NCBI GenBank assembly: GCA_963782915.1
Contig: CAWALK010000008.1
Location: 1 to 12,254 of the forward strand
Length of the DNA stretch: 12,254 nucleotides
Source: an uncultured archaeon
GTDB lineage: Archaea; Thermoproteota; Bathyarchaeia; Bathyarchaeales; Bathycorpusculaceae
Reading direction: 5' to 3'
This document shows, one piece after another, positions 1-6,456 of this stretch. Numbering within the stretch: position 1 is the first letter of the stretch; each line of letters opens with the position of its first letter. The notes below the pieces were generated by a model that ran no database searches, was not told the origin of the DNA, and saw nothing but the letters and a program-made list of their open reading frames with translations. Both the position numbers and the translations under genes were made by a program.

Positions 1-1
1 A

Positions 2-337
2 CTTTTCATAAAAAACCGTTTAGACGAAGAAGTCTACTCGCAACTCGTCAGCTACTTCAACTTAGCCCAACAGCAATATGAAGACGCAGTCAAAGCAGTC
101 TTCAAACGCGACTACAAAGACGCAGAAAAACTCATCTCAAAACGGGAATCAATCGTCGCCACAGAAAACGAGTTAATGATGCTGATTTCAAGCAAAAAAT
201 TCGACCCCAACGTCGTATCCATTCTACGCCTAATCTTCGACAGCACAAGACGCATCATGGATTACAGCCGCAACATGGCAGAATTAACGCTTAACCGCAC
301 TGTAGAAGACCTTTGCTCAACCTTAACCTACAAATAA
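2..337 (+). CDS. phoU: PhoU-domain phosphate uptake regulator, C-terminal part (5' end outside window)
   Basis: Frame 2 is open from the window edge to TAA at 335-337. Manual translation LFIKNRLDEEVYSQLVSYFNLAQQQYEDAVKAVFKRDYKDAEKLISKRESI...ILRLIFDSTRRIMDYSRNMAELTLN fits a PhoU helical repeat (A..A...D...A; 'RI.DY..N.AE' resembles ER.GDH..NIAE). Not in the supplied ORF track. Confidence 0.75.
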   Translation, partial: LFIKNRLDEEVYSQLVSYFNLAQQQYEDAVKAVFKRDYKDAEKLISKRESIVATENELMMLISSKKFDPNVVSILRLIFDSTRRIMDYSRNMAELTLNRTVEDLCSTLTYK

Positions 338-356
338 CTTTTTTATCTTTTTTTTA
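338..356 (+). terminator. Oligo-T archaeal terminator candidate
   Basis: T-rich run (T tracts interrupted by 'atc') directly after the phoU stop codon. Confidence 0.55.
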
Positions 357-364
357 ACATTACA

Positions 365-384
365 CTTAAACCTGTGAATACACA
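365..384 (+). promoter_or_regulatory. Putative TA operon promoter (TATA-like CTTAAA at 365-370) and operator TGTG-N4-CACA (373-384)
   Basis: TATA-like hexamer 25-30 nt upstream of ATG 395 with no SD, suggesting a leaderless mRNA. The inverted repeat tgtg-aata-caca lies between the TATA and the start, the position expected for RHH antitoxin autorepression. Confidence 0.45.
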
Positions 385-394
385 TAATTACCTT

Positions 395-676
395 ATGGCA
401 AATATTACCATCTCCATACCTCAAGAGTTATGCGAAAAAATGAAGCGGCACTCCGAAGTCAAATGGAGCGAAGTCATAAGAAAAGCACTAGCAAACTACG
501 TAGACCGACTAGAACTAGCAGAAAATGGAGCTGTTCCAATGAAAAAATTATCCAAAAAATTAAAAGATTCAGGCGTTGACGTGTCCAAAATTGACTTGGA
601 GAAAGCCATCGAATACTCGCAAGAAGGCAGGAAATTAGAATGGAACAGATTGTCTACGACACAAACGAGCTCATAG
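395..676 (+). CDS. vapB: Ribbon-helix-helix (CopG-like) antitoxin, VapB-type
   Basis: MANITISIPQELCEKMKRHSEVKWSEVIRKAL is an RHH pattern (alternating beta strand, then 'SEVIR.AL'). It sits directly upstream of and overlaps a PIN gene. ATG 395 is preferred over GTG 374. Confidence 0.8.
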   Translation: MANITISIPQELCEKMKRHSEVKWSEVIRKALANYVDRLELAENGAVPMKKLSKKLKDSGVDVSKIDLEKAIEYSQEGRKLEWNRLSTTQTSS

Positions 677-978
677 ACGCTGCCAAAAAAAGAAAACTGG
701 ACCTCGCTGGATTTACAACAATACTAAATCTTGTGGAGTTTCCTAAGGCATTGGAATTTGAAGAATTAACGGTTATTTATCCAAACATCGATGACTACCA
801 AGAAAGCTTAGAAATCTCCATAGACTTGCTCCAGAAAGGAACACCGCTCCCAGCAGTAGACATAATGGTGGCTGCCATGTGCATTAAAAGAAACTATATT
901 TTCTCCACCAAAGACAACCATTTCCAAGCAATCAAATCAGTAAGAAAAGAGTTCAAGTTAGAACTAACAAAGTACTAA
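640..978 (+). CDS. vapC: PIN-domain ribonuclease toxin, VapC-type (112 aa)
   Basis: Conserved acidic residues in IVYDTNELID, LVEF, 'KGTPLPAVDIMVAA' and 'TKDNHF'; paired with the RHH gene. Confidence 0.9.
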   Translation: MEQIVYDTNELIDAAKKRKLDLAGFTTILNLVEFPKALEFEELTVIYPNIDDYQESLEISIDLLQKGTPLPAVDIMVAAMCIKRNYIFSTKDNHFQAIKSVRKEFKLELTKY

Positions 979-1616
979 ACAGGCTGTTTAAATAATGACC
1001 GAATGATTAAACGCAACATTTCAGAACTTTCTTTACGGTCTAACAATCTATCCAGAACAATGGGAAGAACAGCCATTGCTGCATACTCAATCTTTTGCCT
1101 ATCAACCGCTGAAAGTTTAAGGTTTGATTGGTTTAGAATCTCTTTTTGGACATCGCCTGCTTCACGCACTGCCGTCTCCAGCAGCTTAATCATGGTGCCT
1201 TCGACTTCCGTTTTGTTTTCCTGACTGTAAGTTAATCCAAGCATGGCAAACATTTTTCCGATATCAGAGGGCGTTACTCCAAGCAGTAGCCGCTCTTGTT
1301 TTTTGGGCGGTACAGGTCCTTTAAGTGGTTGATCCACTCCGCTGACTACGACCAGATAAGCTGAGGTAGTTATTTCATAGAATTTCTCTGTGAGGTTATT
1401 GTTGACAACAGCTGTCCTGGCTATTCTTATGAATCCTGCGTTTTGGAGCTTTTTTGTGTGATAGAGGATGGCTACTGGGGTGATTCCGATTTTTCTGGCG
1501 AGTTGACTGATGGATTGGGGGTTGGTAGCGATTTCTTGGAGGATTTTTAGGCGGGTTTCGCTGGCGAGGGCTTTTGCTTTTTTGGGGTCTGTGACCATTT
1601 GGATGTTAGTCGGCAT
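975..1616 (-). CDS. ArsR/SmtB-like winged-helix transcriptional regulator with C-terminal helical domain
   Basis: KALASETRLKILQEI...SISQLARKIGITPVAILYHTKKLQNAGFI...EKFY is an archaeal ArsR-type wHTH. SD-like GGAG lies upstream on the minus strand (ctcc 1624-1627). Confidence 0.85.
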   Translation of the reverse strand: MPTNIQMVTDPKKAKALASETRLKILQEIATNPQSISQLARKIGITPVAILYHTKKLQNAGFIRIARTAVVNNNLTEKFYEITTSAYLVVVSGVDQPLKGPVPPKKQERLLLGVTPSDIGKMFAMLGLTYSQENKTEVEGTMIKLLETAVREAGDVQKEILNQSNLKLSAVDRQKIEYAAMAVLPIVLDRLLDRKESSEMLRLIIRSLFKQPV

Positions 1617-1688
1617 CGGGATTCTCCTATTAAACGAATATTTAAAAGAAGAACTTAATTAAGATAGCCAAACGGAGACCAAAGAAAC
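1617..1688. promoter_or_regulatory. Divergent promoter region with TATA-like TATTTAAAA (1639-1647) and palindrome CTTAATTAAG (1654-1663)
   Basis: 72-bp gap between divergent genes. The AT box reads as TATA-like on both strands. A perfect 10-bp palindrome lies between it and the MFS start. Confidence 0.5.
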
Positions 1689-2924
1689 ATGGAAACCCCC
1701 ACCAACACCACATTCAAACGATACCTACCCTTCTGGGCTGGACAAATAGCATCAACACTCGGCTCATCAATCGTACAATTCGTAATCATATGGTGGATAA
1801 CACTCCAAACACAAAGCGGCATCTACCTATCCCTTGCAGCATTAGTCGGTTTGGTTCCGATGATAGTCCTCAGCCCATTCGTCGGCGTGTTAGTGGACAG
1901 GTGGAACCGCAAGTTCATGATCGCCGCCGCCGATTTCTCTCAGGCATTAGCCACATTGGCACTCATTCTGCTCTTCTGGGCAGGAGCTGCTTCCATTTGG
2001 AATGTTCTAATATTACTGGGTATACGCGGCATCTGCCAAGCATTTCACACACCAGCCACTTTAGCTGTAACACCCTCAATGGTTCCGACAGAAAAATTAA
2101 GCCGCATAAACGGCTTGAACTTTTTCTTCTCAGGCGCAGTAAATCTCGTCGGACCAGTCATGGCGGCTCTATTGCTTGAAGTATGGAGCATTAATCAGAT
2201 TCTCTGGATTGATGTCATCACGTTTGTGCTGGCAATAATTCCTCTATTGATGGTGAGGATTCCCTCAGTGGCAAAAACAACCACCAAGGTAGGCTTTGGG
2301 TTCAAAAAAGGCTTCACAGAAGGACTAAGACACATCAAAAATCACGCAGGGCTGCTTCCACTCTTCCTCTTAGCGATGATACTCAACCTGCTAATAACTC
2401 CGCTGACGACGCTTTTGCCGTACTTCATAAAGTTCGACCATCTCGGAGCAGCACCTGACTTGGCGCTTATAGAGGCAATGTTTGAGGGAGGCATACTCGC
2501 AGGCGGATTAGCGATGTCAGTGGTGGGTGCGTTTAAGAAGAAGGCTTCTGTTATGGCTGCCTCATTCTACATTATATTCATAGGATATGCCTTCATCGCG
2601 GTTGCACCGACTGGTTTATTCTGGTTTATGGGTATTGCGGGTTTAGTTGCAGCTTTTTGTGTTCCCATAGTCAACGTGCTAGCGGCGACGATAACACAAA
2701 CCGTTATACCGCTGGATATGCAGGGCAGAGTAAACTCTGTTAATCTTGCTTTGGTTACGGCTGCTACTCCTATTGGCATGATTGCGTCGGGAGCCATGGT
2801 TGCATTCGTTAATACCAGTTACTTGTTTGTAGGCTGTGCCGTGACGGGTATCTTGTCGGTAACTTTTATGTGGCTGTTTACGGGCTTGCGGTATGTAGAA
2901 ACTGGAGTGTCTAAGAATAGTTGA
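1689..2924 (+). CDS. MFS transporter, DHA3 / MefA-like efflux family
   Basis: 411 aa with about 12 hydrophobic segments. 'FWAGQIASTLGSSIVQF', motif A 'GVLVDRWNRK..I..D', 'P..A.TP.MVP.EKL.RING' and 'DMQGRVNS' are typical of DHA3. Confidence 0.92.
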   Translation: METPTNTTFKRYLPFWAGQIASTLGSSIVQFVIIWWITLQTQSGIYLSLAALVGLVPMIVLSPFVGVLVDRWNRKFMIAAADFSQALATLALILLFWAGAASIWNVLILLGIRGICQAFHTPATLAVTPSMVPTEKLSRINGLNFFFSGAVNLVGPVMAALLLEVWSINQILWIDVITFVLAIIPLLMVRIPSVAKTTTKVGFGFKKGFTEGLRHIKNHAGLLPLFLLAMILNLLITPLTTLLPYFIKFDHLGAAPDLALIEAMFEGGILAGGLAMSVVGAFKKKASVMAASFYIIFIGYAFIAVAPTGLFWFMGIAGLVAAFCVPIVNVLAATITQTVIPLDMQGRVNSVNLALVTAATPIGMIASGAMVAFVNTSYLFVGCAVTGILSVTFMWLFTGLRYVETGVSKNS

Positions 2925-3042
2925 CGTGCGTTTGACGTCATTGTGAATATGTGTTGTACCACTAGACTTTCTTGATATTTGGGCTTTTTATTCTCGACAG
3001 ATAACTCAGCCGTATTACTTTGGGAGCAGCGCTTGTTTTTTT

Positions 3043-3059
3043 ACCGAAACAGTTAAAAG
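3043..3059 (+). promoter_or_regulatory. Putative BRE/TATA for the acyltransferase-esterase pair
   Basis: ccgaaacag-ttaaaag about 35-50 nt upstream of the ATG; GGTG SD-like sequence at 3088-3091. Confidence 0.4.
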
Positions 3060-3094
3060 GTAACTTGGCGTGTAGCTGAGAAAAACTGGTGTAT

Positions 3095-4201
3095 ATGATG
3101 ACTTACGATGAAATACAGGTCAAGGTTCAGCCACATTCTAAGCCAATCTCCGAATTGACCATCCTAAAAATCACCGCCTTAGTGCTACTCATCTTCGTCC
3201 ACAGCGACCTCCTCTTTGCATACCCCAACATCATGAAACCAGCCGAATGGTTCTTGCTGAGTACATTCTTCTTTGTCGGCGGATACCTCGCATATTCATC
3301 GTTTATGAAAAAAGGAAAAAGCCTCAAACAATTCTTCAAATCAAAAGCCCTAACACTCTACGTCCCATTTGTAGCAGCAGTAGTGTTTTACCTGTTACTA
3401 GATTCAGCCATGGGAGCACAAACTACACCGATGGCGCTATTCTCCCAAGTTTCTATGCTAAACGTTTTCGCTGGGTTAAATTCGGTCTACAATTGGGGAA
3501 CGCTCTGGTTCATACCCTTTATGTTGCTATTCATGGTCATAACTTGTGTACTCGAAAGATACGTTAAGAACACAAAAACCCAGTTACTCACAATTACCAG
3601 CGTGCTCATCGGCACAACTATACTTTGGACCTATGAGGCGCCATTACGGCTTGACGGATTATTCAATCAATACATGCTCGTTTTCGTCTTTGGCTTCTAC
3701 ATAAGCAAATTCAAGGTATACGAGAAATTAATGAACTACAAAATGGCGTTAGTAGCTACACCCATAGTAGCAATGTTTGCAATTGACTTCTCAGGACTAT
3801 TCAACTACAACACCCTTCTAAACGCGTTAGTAGCAAACGTTTACTTTAACTGCCGCAGCATCGCCCTAACAATGGGATTAGTCCTCTTAGCTTTGCTCGC
3901 ATTGAGAAAAATTAAGATCCCAGTTAACGGCTTCGCCAAACAGATATCCGACCACAGCGCCTTCATCTACCTCTCAGAACCCTTCATCAGCTTCGTAATC
4001 TTAACCTACATTTTTGGGCAGGGCGAAGCGGTGTTTGCCAGCGGACCAATGTTTTACCTCTATCAAGCAGTAAGAATTGGGGTCTTGCTCGGCGGCATTC
4101 CGCTTATATTGATGGCGTTGAAGTATCGACCAAAGATTCTTTTCTACCACTTTATTGGTCAAATGGTGGTTTTTTATAAGAATACTTTAGTTCGACGCTG
4201 A
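3095..4201 (+). CDS. Acyltransferase-3 (OafA/Oac-like) integral membrane O-acyltransferase
   Basis: About 10 TM segments; K-X10-H in TM1 (KITALVLLIFVH), FFFVGGY, LWFI, SAFIYL. Start is probably ATG 3095 or 3098 after GGTG rather than GTG 3089. Confidence 0.8.
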   Translation: MMTYDEIQVKVQPHSKPISELTILKITALVLLIFVHSDLLFAYPNIMKPAEWFLLSTFFFVGGYLAYSSFMKKGKSLKQFFKSKALTLYVPFVAAVVFYLLLDSAMGAQTTPMALFSQVSMLNVFAGLNSVYNWGTLWFIPFMLLFMVITCVLERYVKNTKTQLLTITSVLIGTTILWTYEAPLRLDGLFNQYMLVFVFGFYISKFKVYEKLMNYKMALVATPIVAMFAIDFSGLFNYNTLLNALVANVYFNCRSIALTMGLVLLALLALRKIKIPVNGFAKQISDHSAFIYLSEPFISFVILTYIFGQGEAVFASGPMFYLYQAVRIGVLLGGIPLILMALKYRPKILFYHFIGQMVVFYKNTLVRR

Positions 4202-4243
4202 AGTGTTAACTCAAAGCTAAGGCCTAGTTGAGGACCAGACGCT

Positions 4244-5182
4244 TTGAGAAAACGCTACCCAGCAATTGCCATTATAATAGTTGTAGTAGTTACTGTATCC
4301 CTCTTTGCATTTTTAGGCAACCGACAACTGGGTGAATCGGCGCTGCTGCCAGAAACAACAACTTTTACAGCGCAATCAGGCATCCGATACGCGGATGATT
4401 CCAACCCATACCACCTCATGGATGTTTATCTGCCAGAAGGCAACGGACCATTCCCAGCAATAATATACATCCATGGCGGCGGATGGGCAGAGGGCAACCG
4501 CAGTGACTTCAGTGAAATAGCCCAACTGTATGCTAAACGGGGAATCGCGGGTTTCTCAATCAGCTACACCCTCGCCGCTCCAAACCGAACAGCTTGGCCA
4601 CAAAACATAGAAGACGTAATTTCAGCACTCACCTTCATCCAAGCAAACGCGGATAGGTATCGTGTGGATACACAAAAAATCGCTGTAATGGGAAGCAGCG
4701 CTGGAGCACACTTAGCCTCGCTAATTGGAACGCTTTCGGGAAATGAGTCTTTCTTGAAGAACCACAATTTTAACGGAACAATCCATAGCCAAGTCTGCTT
4801 AGTAGTCAACTATGATGGAGTGGAAGATTTAGAGTTCGTGGGGCAAAACCAAACCGAGAACCTCAACTTGCTTAATTCGATTGTGAGCAGCCAATTTGGC
4901 GGCGTAACCTACATACAAAACCCCGAGTTATGGAAAGAATCTTCACCAGTAACTTATATTTCCGCAGGCAGCCCCGCTTTTGTCTTTGTACATGGCGTTA
5001 ACGACCGAATTGTGCCCATTCAAGTTGCCCAAGCATTCAATGCCAAACTCGAAGCAGCAGGCGTTGAAACACATTTTATTAGTATCGAAGGCGACCACGA
5101 CATCTTAACGAATGAAGCAATGAATCTGCAAGCCCGCTATATCCTTGAACCCATTTTAAAAAGGACATTCGGTCTCAATTAG
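4244..5182 (+). CDS. Alpha/beta hydrolase (HSL-like esterase/lipase) with N-terminal signal or membrane anchor
   Basis: HGGGW oxyanion motif, GSSAG nucleophile elbow, HGVNDRIVP (Asp), GDH (His). N-terminus MRKR followed by a hydrophobic helix. TTG start preceded by GAGG. Confidence 0.9.
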   Translation: MRKRYPAIAIIIVVVVTVSLFAFLGNRQLGESALLPETTTFTAQSGIRYADDSNPYHLMDVYLPEGNGPFPAIIYIHGGGWAEGNRSDFSEIAQLYAKRGIAGFSISYTLAAPNRTAWPQNIEDVISALTFIQANADRYRVDTQKIAVMGSSAGAHLASLIGTLSGNESFLKNHNFNGTIHSQVCLVVNYDGVEDLEFVGQNQTENLNLLNSIVSSQFGGVTYIQNPELWKESSPVTYISAGSPAFVFVHGVNDRIVPIQVAQAFNAKLEAAGVETHFISIEGDHDILTNEAMNLQARYILEPILKRTFGLN

Positions 5183-5207
5183 GAGCCAGATTTGAGAGAA
5201 ATTGAAG

Positions 5208-5282
5208 TGCTCCGGCCGGGATTTGGACCCGGGTCGCCGACTCGAGAGGCCGGCATACTTGACCGGACTATACTACCGGAGC
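5208..5282 (-). tRNA. tRNA-Glu (anticodon CTC), intronless, CCA not encoded
   Basis: Minus strand reads GCTCCGG-TA-GTATAGTCCGGTCAAGTAT-G-CCGGC-CT[CTC]GA-GTCGG-CGAC-CCGGG-TCCAAAT-CCCGG-CCGGAGC-A. Acceptor, anticodon and T stems pair. Anticodon at 5246-5244. Confidence 0.95.
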
Positions 5283-5313
5283 ACGTTTGAGCCAACAGTT
5301 GTTGCTCTCTTAG

Positions 5314-5330
5314 AAATAAATAGGTTTTCG
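5314..5330 (-). promoter_or_regulatory. BRE/TATA promoter of tRNA-Glu
   Basis: Minus strand CGAAAA-CCTA-TTTATTT located about 32-48 nt upstream of G1. Confidence 0.55.
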
Positions 5331-5370
5331 TAAGTTTACTACAAAACCTGTCTGTAAGGCTTGCTTGGTT

Positions 5371-6309
5371 TTATAAGTTTGATTGTGCAGGGGCGGTTTT
5401 GGGTAATGCCCGCTTTGACAGCCAGAAGGCTACACCGACGAGCGCGAAGGTGATGATTATTGGTAAAACTGTTGGTAACTCGACGTGGAAGGCTTCAAGT
5501 ATCATAAACAAACCGAGGAACCCAATTGAGGTTAAGGCACCGTTTTTGAGGTATTTGTATTTGGCGATGGTATCGATACCTCTGATGGTTAATTCCCTGA
5601 CCACGATGGCGCCGATTCCGATACCGATTAAAATCAAGATTAGGTTTATGGTAAATGCGAAGGCTCCGATGACGCCGTCGAAGCTAAAGGTCATGTCAAG
5701 GACTTCTAGGTATAGGAATTTTGAGGCGTTACTCATGCTGCCGGCACCCTGAACTAGGTTGCGTTCGCCTTCCTCAGCAGTTTGCTTTAAACCGTACAGT
5801 ATAAAGAAGGTGGCGCTGCCGATGGCTGCTGCAAGCATAACCATCGAGTCTGCCCGTGCAAGATACATTACAATGACCAAGAGTATAGCTGCAAACGCAA
5901 AGAACCATACGCCATGCTTCTCTTTTAGGAAGCGCTCAATGAAGAGGGGTTCTTTCTTTTCGAGGAATAGCCAGTGTACGTAGAGATATAGCAGGAAGAC
6001 GCCTCCGAACATGAGAATTAGGGGTTTTTGGGCTTCTATAGCGTCTGCTGCAACTTGACTTTGCCCTGTAAAGGCTAGGAAGAGGTCTTGGCCGCTTATG
6101 GTCGGTACAGAAATCCAAACAATAATCAATGGAAGAATGAACCTGACTAAGAAGACTGAAGTGAAGATGCCGATGAGCAGGAAACGTTTGCGCCAAAGAG
6201 CATTCATAGTTTTTAGAACACTGGCGTTCACGATGGCGTTGTCAACACTGTTAACTACCTCAAAGACGATTAACCCAGCGACTATGAGTATTGACTCAAC
6301 CAGTGACAA
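5371..6309 (-). CDS. DUF475 / TerC-superfamily (YkoY-like) integral membrane protein
   Basis: Motifs FEVVNSVDNAIVNA, W+KRFL..GI...VF.VR, FLYLEVLDMTFSFDGVIGAFA and YKYLKNGA..SIG are typical of DUF475. TTG start. Confidence 0.85.
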   Translation of the reverse strand: MSLVESILIVAGLIVFEVVNSVDNAIVNASVLKTMNALWRKRFLLIGIFTSVFLVRFILPLIIVWISVPTISGQDLFLAFTGQSQVAADAIEAQKPLILMFGGVFLLYLYVHWLFLEKKEPLFIERFLKEKHGVWFFAFAAILLVIVMYLARADSMVMLAAAIGSATFFILYGLKQTAEEGERNLVQGAGSMSNASKFLYLEVLDMTFSFDGVIGAFAFTINLILILIGIGIGAIVVRELTIRGIDTIAKYKYLKNGALTSIGFLGLFMILEAFHVELPTVLPIIITFALVGVAFWLSKRALPKTAPAQSNL

Positions 6310-6415
6310 TGCTTACGCTCGCCAACTTGTTAACATTCACGTATTGAGTCCGTTTTAATAAACCAACCTCTCAAAAAACAAAAAATAACGCAGAATTGAA
6401 GATTATTTGCTAAGT

Positions 6416-6445
6416 TTTAAAGGATTAAAACAAAAATAAAAGTTA
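6416..6445 (-). terminator. Oligo-T terminator candidate for the thermosome gene
   Basis: Minus strand CTTTTTATTTTTGTTTT begins about 15 nt after the stop codon. Confidence 0.5.
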
Positions 6446-6456
6446 AGTGGGGAAGT

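Noticed and set aside
374-394. GTG start for the antitoxin
   Set aside because: It lies only a few nt after the TATA-like box and inside the operator candidate; the RHH strand begins at ATG 395.
2922-3079. TGACGT repeats, TGACGTCA palindrome and a CTCAGC/GCTGAG pair as a possible structured RNA
   Set aside because: Too short, with no extended pairing or riboswitch-like motif.
1003-6358. Small overlapping ORFs (1003-1224, 1790-2179, 2567-2797, 3127-3339, 3247-3567, 4564-4809, 5399-5752, 5759-5983, 5936-6196, 6098-6358)
   Set aside because: All lie within or almost entirely within better-supported genes and show no family motifs.
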